Shown in pieces: positions 9,950 through 20,441 of a stretch of DNA of 64,000 nt. The first letter of the stretch is position 1, and every line of letters starts with the position of its first letter. Made by a program: the position numbers and the translations under genes. The stretch lies in the NCBI GenBank assembly GCA_963770565.1, contig CAVYQE010000001.1:1531663-1595662 (forward strand), read 5' to 3'. The notes beneath the pieces were generated by a model. The model saw only the letters and a program-made list of their open reading frames with translations, did no database searches and had not been told where the DNA came from. This stretch comes from an uncultured Actinomycetota bacterium (lineage in GTDB: Bacteria > Actinomycetota > Actinomycetes > JAFAQI01).

Positions 9950-10052
9950 CGTCTGTCTCCCTCTGCCGGGTGGCCGTCGGCCGGTGCGCTCTACCCGCGA
10001 GCCATGCACGACGAGAACTTCGACCTCAGGACGAGGCTAACACCGTTGATCC

Positions 10053-10799
10053 CTAGACGAGAAGGCTCGCGAAACGGTGCGCGAACGCGTACGCGTCACC
10101 CGGCCACCGGGCCGAGACATACCGTCCGTCCTGTACGACGACGGCGTGCGTGTCGTCTTCGGCCGTGCCACGAGCCGACAGGACTCGCGGCCCACGCTCG
10201 AACTGCCGCTCGGGATGCTCGAGCGCCGCGCGCACCTCGTCTTCGACGTACTCGGGGTAGGTGCGGTAGTAGCGGCCCCGCCGCCACGCGGTCGCAAGGT
10301 AGGCGCTGCGCTCCATGTACTTCGGCAGGCAGGTGGTGCGGACGCCGGAGAGCACGCTCCGGCCGGTGTCGGGATCGGTGGTCCGGGCGAGGACGAGCAC
10401 GCCGTGGCAGATCGCACCGACCGGCCGGCCGAGGGCCCAGAACTCGCCCACTTTGGCGCGCAGCGCCGCGCTGTCGAGGTATTGCCGCATGCCCTTCGCG
10501 TGGCCGCCCGGCAGTAGCAGCCCGTCGAACGCGCCCGGAACGATGTCGGCGAACGCGATTGGCTGCCGGAACCGCGGCGCTTCCCCTAGCTGGGCATAGA
10601 AGCGCTTCGGTTCAGACGCCGCCCCCAGCCGGCCGAAGACGACGCCGTCGAGCAGGAGCGGGTCGGCCTGCGGCGTCGCCGCGGACTCGGTGGCAAAGAC
10701 GACCTCGCAGCCGGCGTCGGTGAGCACTCGCCACGGCACCGCGACCTCGGTGACGTCGAAGTCGCGGTCGGGGAGCGGGACGAGCACTCGGCGCTGCAT
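10053..10799 (-). CDS. DJ-1/PfpI-family (type 1 glutamine amidotransferase-like) protein
   Basis: 'DFDVTEVAVPW', 'LLLPGGHA', 'GAICHG' nucleophile elbow. Confidence 0.88.
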   Translation of the reverse strand: MQRRVLVPLPDRDFDVTEVAVPWRVLTDAGCEVVFATESAATPQADPLLLDGVVFGRLGAASEPKRFYAQLGEAPRFRQPIAFADIVPGAFDGLLLPGGHAKGMRQYLDSAALRAKVGEFWALGRPVGAICHGVLVLARTTDPDTGRSVLSGVRTTCLPKYMERSAYLATAWRRGRYYRTYPEYVEDEVRAALEHPERQFERGPRVLSARGTAEDDTHAVVVQDGRYVSARWPGDAYAFAHRFASLLV

Positions 10800-10803
10800 C
10801 CGG

Positions 10804-11952
10804 TCAACCGCCCGAGACGAGCGAGTCGGCTTCCCTGGGCGGTGGGGTCGGATCAAGGGCCGACTCCCGCCACCCGGCCGGAAGCGCGACCGGCCGAGGG
10901 CCCTGGGAGTGGCCGCGCACGATCCGGTGGTTCTCCGGCGGGAGCGTCACGCCCGATCCGACCCGGTCCAGCAGCCCGTGCATCAGGACGTCGAGCTCGG
11001 CCAGCGAGGAGGTCTGCGCCATGTCGCGCCTGGTCTGACCGCCGACCGGGTAGCCGGCGAGATACCAGCCGACGTGCTTGCGGAAGTCGCGAACGCCGAT
11101 CAGCTCATCACCCTTGGTCTCGACGAGCAGCCGGACGTGGCGGCGCATGACCGCGACCACCTCGCCGAGCGCCGGCGGCGCCTGCACCGGCCGCCCGGCG
11201 AACGCGTCGGCAAGATCGCGAAACAGCCATGGCCGGCCAAGGCAGCCGCGCCCGACCACGACCCCGTCGCATCCGGTCTCCCGCATCATCGCGACCCCGT
11301 CGGGCGCCAGCCAGATGTCGCCGTTGCCCAAGACCGGGATGGTCGAGATGGCCGCCTTGAGCCGGGCGACCGCCGACCAGTCCGCGACGCCCGAGTACAG
11401 CTGTTCGGCGGTCCTGGCGTGCAGCGCGACGGCGGCAGCGCCCTCATCGGCGGCGATCTGCCCGGCGCTGAGATAGGTCAGCGCGCGGTCGTCGACTCCG
11501 AGCCGCATCTTGACCGTCACCGGGATCGTGCCGGCCGCCTGCACCGCTTGCCGCACGATCGCCGCGAACAGCAGTCGGTGCATCGGCAGCGCCGCGCCGC
11601 CGCCGAGCTTGGTCACCTTCGGCACCGGACAACCCATGTTGAGGTCGATGTGGTCGACCCTGGCCTGCTCGACCAGTGCCGTCACCGCGCGGCCGACCAC
11701 GTCGGGATCGACGCCGTACAGCTGGATGCTGCGGACCTGTTCGTCGGCGCCGAAGGCCAGCATCCGCTGGGTCTTCTCGCTCCCCTCGACGAGCGCCCGC
11801 GCGGACACCATCTCGTTGACGTACAAGCCGGCGCCGTATGAGCGGCACAGGGTGCGGAAGGCGGCGTTCGTCACGCCCGCCATCGGGGCGAGCACGACCG
11901 GCGGATCGACCGTGATCGGGCCGATCTTCAGCGGTGCCGGGCTCAGTGCCAT
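10804..11952 (-). CDS. dusB: tRNA dihydrouridine synthase DusB
   Basis: '[11 protein letters not shown]', '[12 protein letters not shown]', 'VALHART', 'GNGDIW', '[11 protein letters not shown]'. Confidence 0.93.
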   Translation of the reverse strand: MALSPAPLKIGPITVDPPVVLAPMAGVTNAAFRTLCRSYGAGLYVNEMVSARALVEGSEKTQRMLAFGADEQVRSIQLYGVDPDVVGRAVTALVEQARVDHIDLNMGCPVPKVTKLGGGAALPMHRLLFAAIVRQAVQAAGTIPVTVKMRLGVDDRALTYLSAGQIAADEGAAAVALHARTAEQLYSGVADWSAVARLKAAISTIPVLGNGDIWLAPDGVAMMRETGCDGVVVGRGCLGRPWLFRDLADAFAGRPVQAPPALGEVVAVMRRHVRLLVETKGDELIGVRDFRKHVGWYLAGYPVGGQTRRDMAQTSSLAELDVLMHGLLDRVGSGVTLPPENHRIVRGHSQGPRPVALPAGWRESALDPTPPPREADSLVSGG

Positions 11953-12542
11953 AACTCCGTGATACCGATGCCGAGCTGCGCCAGCAAGCGGCGCAGTAGC
12001 GGCAGGGACAGCCCGATCACGTTGCTGGCGTCGCCGTCGATGCCGTCGATGAACGGTGCAGCACGGCCGTCGAGGGTGAATGCACCGGCGACCTCCAGCG
12101 GCTCTCCACTGGCGACGTACGACGCGATCTCGGCGTCGGTCGGCTCGCCGAAGCGCACCACGGTGGTGCCGATCCCGTTCGCCTCCCGCCCGGTTGCGAG
12201 GTCGATCACGCAGTGGCCGGTCAGCAGGGTGGCGGTCCTGCCGCGCATCGCCAGCCAGCGTTCGGTGGCCGCCTCCGGGGTGCCCGGTTTGCCCATCGTC
12301 TGCCCGTCGAAGACCAACATCGAGTCGCAGCCGAGCACGATGGCCGCTCCGTTCGAGAGGTCGCGTGCGACGGCTCGCGCCTTGGCGACGGCGAGCTCCT
12401 CGACCAGCTCATGCGGATTCTCGGTGTCGACGCTGGACTCGTCGACACCGCTCACCACGACGCGCGGGTCGATGCCGGCGTCGCGAAGCAGCCGCAGCCG
12501 GGCCGGCGACGCCGAGGCGAGAACCAGCTCGCGATCCAACAC
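11943..12542 (-). CDS. maf: Maf-family nucleoside triphosphate pyrophosphatase
   Basis: '[14 protein letters not shown]', 'SGVDE', 'LGCDS', 'GKP', 'SNVIGL'. Confidence 0.93.
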   Translation of the reverse strand: MLDRELVLASASPARLRLLRDAGIDPRVVVSGVDESSVDTENPHELVEELAVAKARAVARDLSNGAAIVLGCDSMLVFDGQTMGKPGTPEAATERWLAMRGRTATLLTGHCVIDLATGREANGIGTTVVRFGEPTDAEIASYVASGEPLEVAGAFTLDGRAAPFIDGIDGDASNVIGLSLPLLRRLLAQLGIGITELWH

Positions 12543-12545
12543 CGG

Positions 12546-13739
12546 CTAGCTGCCGTTGAGCGCGCGCACCGCGAAGTCGGCGTACAGCGTCACACCATCC
12601 GCCATCACCGCGTCGTCGAAGGCCGCCTCGGGGGAGTGGTTGAACGGCGCGGTGCCCGGATCGCGGTCGGCCAGGGTGGCACCGAGGAACACCATGACAC
12701 CGGGGACCTCGTCGAGCACCCGGGAGAAGTCCTCCGACCCCGACAGCGGGTTGGGCAGGTCGGTCCAGCGGTCGTCGCCGTGGTGGTCGGTCACGCTGGC
12801 GTGGGCCAGGTCGACCTGCGAGCCGGCGTTGACCGTGACCGGATACAGCTCCTCGATCTTTGCGTCGACCTCGAGCCCGTACGCCGTACCGATCCCGGTG
12901 CACACCGAGGTGATCTCGGCGAGCAGGCGTTCGTGGGCCACCCGGGAGAACGACCGGACGGTGGCCTCGAAGCTGGCCGAGTCGGGGATGACGTTGAACA
13001 GCGTCCCGGCGTGGAACGAGCCGACCGTGACGATCACCGGGTCGAACACGTCGAAGCGGCGGGTGACGAAGGTCTGCAGCGCGGTGACCATCTCGCAGGC
13101 CGCCGGTATCGGGTCCTTGGCGCGGTGCGGAGCCGAGCCGTGACCACCGGCGCCGCGCACGTTGACCCGCAGCGTGTCGGCCGCGGACATGATCGTGCCG
13201 GTCCGGCTGGCGAACTGGCCGGCCGGGAGGAGCGAGGACGTGACGTGGAGGGCGAATGCGGCGTCGATCCGCTTTCCGGCCGCGTCGAGCACGCCTTCGG
13301 AGACCATGTGGCGCGCGCCGTCATGTCCCTCCTCGCCCGGCTGGAACATGAAGACGACATCGCCGGGCAGCGTGCTGCGCTGTGCGGTCAGCACCCGGGC
13401 TGCGCCGACCAGCATGGCGGTGTGCAGGTCATGGCCACAGGCGTGCATGGTGTCGCCGGTCGCCGCAAACGGGGCACCGGTCCGCTCGACCACGGGCAGC
13501 GCGTCCATGTCGCCGCGCAGCAGGACCGATCGGCCGCCGGGCGATCCGCCCCGAAGAACCGCCGTGACCGAGCTCAGCGAGTCGCCGGTCGAGATCTCCA
13601 GTGGCAGCCCGTCGAGCGCGGCGAGGACGTGCTCCTGAGTCCTCGGCAGGCTCAGCCCGAGCTCGGGGATCTGATGCAGTGCGCGGCGCAGTTGGACCAG
13701 GTCCTCCTGGACGTCAGCAGCCAAGTCAGCAATCGCCAT
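12546..13739 (-). CDS. M20-family amidohydrolase (hippurate hydrolase-like)
   Basis: 'RRALHQIPELG', 'LRGDMDALP', 'MHACGHDLH', 'FQPGEEG', 'GSEDFS'. Confidence 0.92.
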   Translation of the reverse strand: MAIADLAADVQEDLVQLRRALHQIPELGLSLPRTQEHVLAALDGLPLEISTGDSLSSVTAVLRGGSPGGRSVLLRGDMDALPVVERTGAPFAATGDTMHACGHDLHTAMLVGAARVLTAQRSTLPGDVVFMFQPGEEGHDGARHMVSEGVLDAAGKRIDAAFALHVTSSLLPAGQFASRTGTIMSAADTLRVNVRGAGGHGSAPHRAKDPIPAACEMVTALQTFVTRRFDVFDPVIVTVGSFHAGTLFNVIPDSASFEATVRSFSRVAHERLLAEITSVCTGIGTAYGLEVDAKIEELYPVTVNAGSQVDLAHASVTDHHGDDRWTDLPNPLSGSEDFSRVLDEVPGVMVFLGATLADRDPGTAPFNHSPEAAFDDAVMADGVTLYADFAVRALNGS

Positions 13740-13794
13740 ACCCGCCAACCTAGTGAACCCGGGTCAGCCATACTTTGCTTCGGAGGTCTTGCCC

Positions 13795-15543
13795 ATGACG
13801 CAGGTGGCAGCTCACGGCACGATCGCGATCCCTGAGGCGGCCACGAGCCGGGTTGCCACCTCGCTCCACGACTGTGATGTCGCGGTCGCCGACCTGGTCG
13901 AGCACTCCAAGCCTTGGTTCGAGGCGGAGCCGAGCGAGCTGGTCGGCCTGCTCGAGCGGCTCAACGAGGCCCTGCTCGCCGGGTCCCAGGACTGGGTCGA
14001 AGCCGCGTGTACGGCCAAGCACATCCCGTCTGACTCCGGGTTGGCCGGCGAGGAGTGGGCGAGCGTCGCGATCACTGCCCGCTACATCCGCCTGCTTGCC
14101 GCGGCCTTGACCGACATCGCAGCGGGCCACAAGCCGCAGTTCCCCGGCCGGCCGCATCCAGCGACCGGCGGGCACACCGCGATCCCGGCCTTCCCGTTCG
14201 ACGCCTTCGACAAGGTGGCACTGTCCGGGTTCGCCGCCGAGATCTGGCTGCGCCGGGGCGTGGCCGGCGCGCAGGCGGTCGAGCGGCAGGCGGCGGCGTG
14301 GTTCGGGGGCGGGTCGCCGGGAGTCTCGCTCGTCCTCGGCGCCGGCAATGTGGCCTCGATTCCGATCACCGACGCGCTCGACCGGCTGTTCATCGCCCGG
14401 CACCCGGTGATCCTGAAGATGAACCCGGTCAACGACTACCTCGGCCCGATCTTCGAGCGGGTGTTCGGCGAGCTGGTCGACCGCGGCGTACTGCGGGTCG
14501 GGTACGGCGGAGCCGAGGTCGGCACCCATCTCGTCCGGCACGACGCCGTCACCGAGGTCCACGTCACCGGCTCGGACAAGACCTTCGAGGCGATCGTGTT
14601 CGGGACCGGGGAGGACGGGGCGCGCCGGCTGGCGGCGAACGATCCGCTGGTGACCAAGCCGGTGACGGGTGAGCTCGGCAACGTCTCGCCGGTCATCGTC
14701 GTACCGGGGCCTTGGGCGCCGAAGGACATTGCGTTCCAGGCCCAGAACCTCGCGTCGATGCTGGCCAACAACGGCGGGTTCAACTGCATCGCCCTGCGCG
14801 CGATCGTGACATCGAACTCATGGGAGCTGCGCGGGCAGCTGCTGGACGGGGTCCGGGAAGTGCTCGGCGAGGTCGGTTCGCGCTACCCCTACTACCCGGG
14901 CGCGCGCGACCGCTACGAGCGATTCGTCGCCGCCCATCCCGAGGCTGAGCGCTTCGGCGACGACTCGCTCGCCTGCGTGCCGTGGACGATGATCCCCGGC
15001 CTGCGGCCGGACACCAAGGACGAGATCGCGTTCACCACCGAGTCGTTCAACGGGGTCTTCGGCGAGGTCGGGATCGACGCCACCGGCACGGTCGACTTCA
15101 TCCGCAAGGCGGTCGACTTCGCCAACAACGGGATGTGGGGGACCCTCGGATGCTCGCTCATCGTGCATCCGAAGACCCTGGCCGACCCGGAGGTGGCCCG
15201 CGCCGTCGAGCAGGCGATCGCGGACCTGCGCTACGGCACGGTGGCGGTCAACCACTGGTCGGCGGTCGGATTCCTGCTCGGCACCACGCCGTGGGGCGCA
15301 TACCCGGGGCACACCGTCACCGATGTCCAGTCAGGCATCGGTTTCGTGCACAACTCGATGATGCTCGACGAGGCCGATATCGAGAAGACCGTGGTTCGTG
15401 GGCCGTTCCGGATGCCGGTCAAACCGACCTGGTTCGTCACGAACAAGACCGCCAACCGGTCCGGGGAGATGTTCGCGCGGTTGATGGCCAAGCCGACGTG
15501 GGGGAAACTGCCCGGTCTGATCACCACCGCCCTGCGCGGATAG
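13795..15543 (+). CDS. Aldehyde dehydrogenase family protein
   Basis: 'VLGAGNVASIP', 'VHVTGS', 'GELGNVSP' (Glu), 'NGGFNC' (catalytic Cys); GGAGG before ATG 13795. Confidence 0.85.
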   Translation: MTQVAAHGTIAIPEAATSRVATSLHDCDVAVADLVEHSKPWFEAEPSELVGLLERLNEALLAGSQDWVEAACTAKHIPSDSGLAGEEWASVAITARYIRLLAAALTDIAAGHKPQFPGRPHPATGGHTAIPAFPFDAFDKVALSGFAAEIWLRRGVAGAQAVERQAAAWFGGGSPGVSLVLGAGNVASIPITDALDRLFIARHPVILKMNPVNDYLGPIFERVFGELVDRGVLRVGYGGAEVGTHLVRHDAVTEVHVTGSDKTFEAIVFGTGEDGARRLAANDPLVTKPVTGELGNVSPVIVVPGPWAPKDIAFQAQNLASMLANNGGFNCIALRAIVTSNSWELRGQLLDGVREVLGEVGSRYPYYPGARDRYERFVAAHPEAERFGDDSLACVPWTMIPGLRPDTKDEIAFTTESFNGVFGEVGIDATGTVDFIRKAVDFANNGMWGTLGCSLIVHPKTLADPEVARAVEQAIADLRYGTVAVNHWSAVGFLLGTTPWGAYPGHTVTDVQSGIGFVHNSMMLDEADIEKTVVRGPFRMPVKPTWFVTNKTANRSGEMFARLMAKPTWGKLPGLITTALRG

Positions 15544-15599
15544 CATCCAGTTCACTGAAGCCTGAGCCCATTCAGGCCGGTCATACTTTGGGGAGAACC

Positions 15600-16505
15600 G
15601 TGAATCGGGTCGTTGTGGGGGTGGCGGCGCTGGCCGCATCGAGTCTCGTGGTGGCCGGTTGCGGCAGCTCGAGCTCGGGGGGTACGACGCCACCGGCCAC
15701 CTCGCCGTCAAGCTCACCGGCGCCGTCCACGTCGCTCGCGGCGGGCGCCATCCCGGGCTGCACGCCCAGCACGCTGCAGACCGTTTCGTCGGGCAACATC
15801 ACGATCGGGGTGGACCAGCCGGTCTACCCGCCGTGGTTCAACCACAACAAGACGCCGATCGACGGCAACGGCTTCGAGAGCGCGGTCGACCTCGCGATCG
15901 CCAAGAAGCTCGGCTACACGCCTGACCAGATCAAGGTGAAGCGGATCACTTTCAGCCAGGCGATCGGCCCGGCCGCGCGTGACTTCGACTACGACCTCGA
16001 CGAGTTCTCGATCACCACGGCCCGGGAGAAGGCGGTCGACTTCTCCGCGCCGTACTACGACGTCGCCGAGTCGATCGTCGCGATGAAGGGCACCAAGGCC
16101 GCGTCGGTCAACACGCTGGCCGGGCTGCGGGCGCTCAAGCTCGGCGCCCAGCTCGGCACCACCGACGCCGACACGATCAGCAACGTCATCAAGCCGTCGT
16201 CGCACGCCTTTTACACGAGTAACGGCCTCGCGGTCCAGGCGTTGAAGAACGGCCAGATCGACGGGCTCGTGGTCGACCTGCCGACCGCCTTCTACATCAC
16301 GTCGGCGCAGGTCACCGGCAGCACGATCATCGGTCAGATCGCTCCTGGTGCTCACCCCGAGCAGTTCGGCGCGCTGCTGGCAAAGGGCAGCCCACTCACC
16401 AGCTGCGTGAGCAAGGCGGTCGATGCGTTGAAGGCCAGCGGGCAGCTGGCGAAGATTCAGACCAAGTGGCTCGCAAAAGGGGGCAACGCGCCGGTCCTTC
16501 AGTAG
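15600..16505 (+). CDS. Polar amino-acid ABC transporter substrate-binding lipoprotein
   Basis: Lipobox 'VVAGC'; 'YPPWF', 'GFESAV', 'VDFSAPYYD', 'LGAQLGTT'. Confidence 0.9.
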   Translation: MNRVVVGVAALAASSLVVAGCGSSSSGGTTPPATSPSSSPAPSTSLAAGAIPGCTPSTLQTVSSGNITIGVDQPVYPPWFNHNKTPIDGNGFESAVDLAIAKKLGYTPDQIKVKRITFSQAIGPAARDFDYDLDEFSITTAREKAVDFSAPYYDVAESIVAMKGTKAASVNTLAGLRALKLGAQLGTTDADTISNVIKPSSHAFYTSNGLAVQALKNGQIDGLVVDLPTAFYITSAQVTGSTIIGQIAPGAHPEQFGALLAKGSPLTSCVSKAVDALKASGQLAKIQTKWLAKGGNAPVLQ

Positions 16506-16517
16506 CAGGATTGCGCA

Positions 16518-17384
16518 ATGAGCACGATGACCGGCGAGTTCTCGCCGTCCGACAAGGAAGCCTGGCGGCGCGGCTACCGTCGAGATCGCAAGCGAAAGTC
16601 CACCCTCGTCGCGATCCTCAGCACGGTGGGCTTCTCGGCGGTGCTCTGGCTGGCCGTCACGCATTCGCCGGGTTGGAAGTCCGCGCATGAGACCTTCCTG
16701 TCAGGCCATGAGTTCCGGGCCGACACGGGTGACATCTTTCGCGGTCTGCTGATCGACCTGAAGCTGCTGCTCATCTGCGAGCCGTGCATCCTCGTCCTCG
16801 CGCTGATCATCGCGATCATGCGGACGTCGGTGAGCGCGGTGCTCGCTCCGCTGAGGATCGGGTGCGCACTCTACGTCGATATCTTCCGCGGCTGCCCGAT
16901 GATCATCCTGCTCTACCTGTCCGCTGAAGGAATCCCGTCGTTGCGGCTGCATCACGTGACGAACTCAGCACTGGTCTGGGGCGCGGTGGCGATCATCGTC
17001 TCCTATAGCGCGTATGTCACCGAGGTGATGCGGTCCGGCATCCAGTCGGTGCATCCGAGCCAGCGGGCCGCGGCCAGATCGCTCGGCCTCAGCCAGCGGC
17101 AGAGCCTGCGCCTGGTCGTGTTGCCCCAAGCGGTCCGGAACGTGATCCCGGCGCTCCTCAACGATTTCGTCGCGCTTCAGAAGGACGTCGGCCTGATCTC
17201 GATCGTCGGCGCGGTCGCTGATGCGATCAACCGCGCGACGTCGGACAATGACGCGACCTTCAACTTCACGCCGTTCGTCATCGCGGCGATCCTGTTCATC
17301 CTGCTCGCGGCTCCCTCGGGCCGCTTTGCGGATGCCTACGCCCGACGAGCGCTGCGCCGGCAGCAGGCAGGCGTGGTCGTGTGA
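16518..17384 (+). CDS. Amino-acid ABC transporter permease
   Basis: 'DIFRGCP', 'YSAYVTEVMRSGIQSV..SQRAAARSLGLS'. Confidence 0.92.
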   Translation: MSTMTGEFSPSDKEAWRRGYRRDRKRKSTLVAILSTVGFSAVLWLAVTHSPGWKSAHETFLSGHEFRADTGDIFRGLLIDLKLLLICEPCILVLALIIAIMRTSVSAVLAPLRIGCALYVDIFRGCPMIILLYLSAEGIPSLRLHHVTNSALVWGAVAIIVSYSAYVTEVMRSGIQSVHPSQRAAARSLGLSQRQSLRLVVLPQAVRNVIPALLNDFVALQKDVGLISIVGAVADAINRATSDNDATFNFTPFVIAAILFILLAAPSGRFADAYARRALRRQQAGVVV

Positions 17385-18121
17385 CCGCTCCCGTCCTGGA
17401 GGTTCGCAACGTCCACAAGCACTACGGCGACGCGCGGATTCTTAACGGCATCGACCTCGAGGTCGACGACGGGCAGGCCGTCGTACTGATCGGTGGGTCC
17501 GGATCGGGCAAGTCGACGCTGTTGCGCTGCATCAACCTGCTCGAGGTCGTCACCGACGGCGAGATCGTCCTCGAGGGCGACGAGATCACCGATCCGCGGG
17601 CTGACGCAGACGCGGTCCGCCGGCGGATTGGCGTGGTGTTCCAGGCGTTCAACCTGTTCCCGCATATGACCGCGCTGCAGAACGTCGCGCTGGCGCCGCG
17701 CGTGGTCGGTAAGCGCTCGAAGGCCGAGGCCGAGGAGCGAGGTCGCGAGCTGCTCGCCCGGGTCGGCCTGGCCGAGCACGCCGATTCGTATCCGGACCGG
17801 ATGTCCGGCGGTCAGCAGCAGCGGACCGCGATCGCTCGTGCCCTCGCCAACGAGCCGCGGCTGCTGCTGCTGGACGAGGTCACGAGCGCGCTCGACCCGG
17901 AGCTGGTCGGTGAGGTGCTCGACCTGATCGGCGAGCTCAAGGACCAAGGGATGACGATCTTGATGGCGACGCACGAGATGGGGTTCGCCCGACGGGTCGC
18001 CAACGAGATCTGCTTCCTCGACTCCGGCATGGTCGCGGAGTCCGGCCCGCCGGAGCAGGTGCTCGGGGAGCCGAGCCATCCGCGACTGCAGCAGTTCCTG
18101 TCCCGGGTGTTGCGCCACTAG
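17381..18121 (+). CDS. Amino-acid ABC transporter ATP-binding protein
   Basis: Walker A 'GGSGSGKST', 'MSGGQQQR', '[18 protein letters not shown]'. Confidence 0.95.
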   Translation: MTAPVLEVRNVHKHYGDARILNGIDLEVDDGQAVVLIGGSGSGKSTLLRCINLLEVVTDGEIVLEGDEITDPRADADAVRRRIGVVFQAFNLFPHMTALQNVALAPRVVGKRSKAEAEERGRELLARVGLAEHADSYPDRMSGGQQQRTAIARALANEPRLLLLDEVTSALDPELVGEVLDLIGELKDQGMTILMATHEMGFARRVANEICFLDSGMVAESGPPEQVLGEPSHPRLQQFLSRVLRH

Positions 18122-18143
18122 TCGGAGGGGCGAAGATCGAGGT

Positions 18144-19133
18144 ATGACTTTGCCGACTCGCGTGCTTGGCAACTCCGGCCTGATCGTCTCGATGCAGGGC
18201 CTTGGCTGCATGGGGATGTCCCAGTCCTACGGCGCGGCCGACCCGGCCGAGTCTGACGCGACGATCCACCGCGCGCTGGACCTCGGCATCACGTTCTTCG
18301 ACACCGCGGACGTTTACGGCGACGGGCACAACGAATCGTTGGTCGGCCGGGCGCTCGGAGCCTGTCGCAGCGAGATCGTGCTGGCGACCAAGTTCTCGCT
18401 GGCCCGAAACGACGACGGCTCGATGCGCATCGACGGCCGGCCCGAATACATCCGGAGCGCGATCGACGCGAGCCTGGCCCGGCTCGGCACCGACTACGTC
18501 GACCTCTACTACCAGCATCGGGTCGACCCGGACGTCGCGATCGAGGACACCGTCGGCGCGATGGCCGAGCTGGTCGAGGCCGGCAAGGTGCGCTACCTCG
18601 GCCTGTCCGAGGCCAGCTCCCGCACACTCGAGCGGGCCGCGGCGGTGCATCCGATCGCCGCGCTGCAGAGCGAGTACTCGCTCTGGACCCGTGACCTCGA
18701 GGACGACGTGATCCCGACCGCACGCCGGCTCGGCATCGGGCTGGTGCCGTTCAGCCCGCTCGGGCGCGGATTCCTCACCGGCGCGATCAAGAGCCCGGCG
18801 GACTTCGGCGACGACGACTTCCGCAAGAACAGCCCGCGTTTTGTCGGCGATAACTTCGACCGCAACCTCGCCCTCGTCGACCAGGTCCGCGAGCTCGCCG
18901 CGGCCAAGGGCTGTACGGCCGGCCAGATTGCCCTTGCCTGGGTGCTGGCGCAGGGCGACGACGTCGTACCGATCCCGGGCACCAAGCGTCGTACCTATCT
19001 CGAGGAGAACGTCGCCGCGTCCGCCCTGTCGCTCACCAAGGACGACCTCGCCCGGCTCGACGCGCTGGCTCCCGAGACGTCCGGTGCTCGCTACCCCTAC
19101 GACCACAAGTACGGCGACAGCCCCCAACCCTGA
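18144..19133 (+). CDS. Aldo/keto reductase
   Basis: 'GLGCMGMS', 'FFDTADVYG', 'DLYYQHRVD', 'PIPGT'. Confidence 0.95.
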   Translation: MTLPTRVLGNSGLIVSMQGLGCMGMSQSYGAADPAESDATIHRALDLGITFFDTADVYGDGHNESLVGRALGACRSEIVLATKFSLARNDDGSMRIDGRPEYIRSAIDASLARLGTDYVDLYYQHRVDPDVAIEDTVGAMAELVEAGKVRYLGLSEASSRTLERAAAVHPIAALQSEYSLWTRDLEDDVIPTARRLGIGLVPFSPLGRGFLTGAIKSPADFGDDDFRKNSPRFVGDNFDRNLALVDQVRELAAAKGCTAGQIALAWVLAQGDDVVPIPGTKRRTYLEENVAASALSLTKDDLARLDALAPETSGARYPYDHKYGDSPQP

Positions 19134-19149
19134 CCCGGCCGTCGCTGCG

Positions 19150-19247
19150 CCCCGTTTCAGCACACAACGCAAGCCTGCGCCGGGGGATACCCGCTGCAAT
19201 GTCCGATTCAGCCGGCTTGCGATGGACCGTTGTGTGCTGGAACGGGG
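19150..19247. repeat. 98-bp element with 20-bp terminal inverted repeats (MITE/REP-like)
   Basis: ccccgtttcagcacacaacg (19150-19169) vs cgttgtgtgctggaacgggg (19228-19247), 19/20 complementary; inner gcaagcc/ggcttgc pair. Confidence 0.7.
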
Positions 19248-19326
19248 ATCGTGGTCGGCGGGGGTGTCGATCTGGAGCGGTCTCGTCCGTCGGATGATCG
19301 AGGCAACGTCAACTGAGGAGAGCGAG

Positions 19327-19950
19327 ATGGCGACGAGTGTGTGGCCGACGATCCATGCCGAGCGCGCCGCGCTCATCGAGGATCTGGCCGATCTGAGTCC
19401 GGAGCAGTGGTCGCTGCCCACGATGTGCAGCGAGTGGAACGTGCATCAGGTGCTCGCGCACCAGCTGTCGGCCGCGAAGATGACCCCGCCGAAGTTCTTC
19501 GTCAACTTCGCTGCGGCGGGCTTCAACTTCAACAAGTTCGCGGGCAAGCAGGTCGCGATCGAGTCGAAAGGCGGCCCGGCCGCAACGCTGGCGGCGCTCC
19601 GCGCGGTGCAGGGGCGAACGAGTGCTCCGCCCGGCCCGAAGGACACCTGGCTCGGCGAGGCGTTCGTCCACGGCGAGGACATCCGGCGCCCGCTGGGGAT
19701 CAAGCACGAATACCCGTTGCGGGAGGTGGCGCGGGCGGTCGCGTTCTATGCCGGCAGCGACGTGATCATCGGCGGAAAGAGTCGGGTGGCCGGCGTGACC
19801 CTGACCGCCACCGACACCGACTTCTCGATCGGCTCCGGTCCCAAGGTCGAAGGGCCGGTCATGTCACTGCTGCTGGCCGCGTCCGGACGCAAGGCCGCGC
19901 TCGATGAGCTGTCAGGTCCGGGCGTCGAGGTCCTGCGCGGCCGCGACTGA
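19327..19950 (+). CDS. Mycothiol-dependent maleylpyruvate isomerase (MDMPI/DinB-like) family protein
   Basis: 'ERAALIEDLADLSPEQWSLPTMCSEWNVHQVLAH', 'VHGEDIRRPLG'; GAGGAG RBS. Confidence 0.88.
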   Translation: MATSVWPTIHAERAALIEDLADLSPEQWSLPTMCSEWNVHQVLAHQLSAAKMTPPKFFVNFAAAGFNFNKFAGKQVAIESKGGPAATLAALRAVQGRTSAPPGPKDTWLGEAFVHGEDIRRPLGIKHEYPLREVARAVAFYAGSDVIIGGKSRVAGVTLTATDTDFSIGSGPKVEGPVMSLLLAASGRKAALDELSGPGVEVLRGRD

Positions 19951-19953
19951 CCG

Positions 19954-20391
19954 TCAGCCGGCGCCGCCGAGGTCGACCGAGTACGCCTCGTAGACCACAT
20001 CCGCGCCGTGCTGGCGGTGCCGGGTCAGTTTCGCGAGCAGGTCGATGACCGCCTCGCGGACCCGATCGACGTCATGCCGGCGGTCGCCGGCAAAGTCGGT
20101 GAGCAGGACCTGGATCTCGGCGTGCTCGCGGTCGAGCTGATGGATCCGCGGCACGAGCTGCGGAGCGTCCGCGCGGATCTGTGCGAACAGCCCATCGGCA
20201 GACTCGGTGACCGCGATGTGCCGGTCCCACGCCTCGCGGAGCTGACCGAGACAGCGATCGAGCTCGACCCGCCAGACCTCCGCGCCGCCGGCGACCGGGG
20301 CGGCGGCCGCCGCTTCGACGACGAGCATCGTCGCGCGCAGGCCGGCTCGCTGCTCGCGAACCTCGCCGATGTGCGGAAACGCGTCCGACAT
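19954..20391 (-). CDS. Hemerythrin-like domain protein
   Basis: Helical 145-aa C-terminal part of ORF 19954-23484 with 'DRHIAVTE..DGLF', 'DREH', 'RHRQHGADVVYEAY'. Confidence 0.6.
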   Translation of the reverse strand: MSDAFPHIGEVREQRAGLRATMLVVEAAAAAPVAGGAEVWRVELDRCLGQLREAWDRHIAVTESADGLFAQIRADAPQLVPRIHQLDREHAEIQVLLTDFAGDRRHDVDRVREAVIDLLAKLTRHRQHGADVVYEAYSVDLGGAG

Positions 20392-20441
20392 GCAGTGATC
20401 GTGCCCGACCCGGTCGGTACGGGCAACCTGGCCGATCGGCG

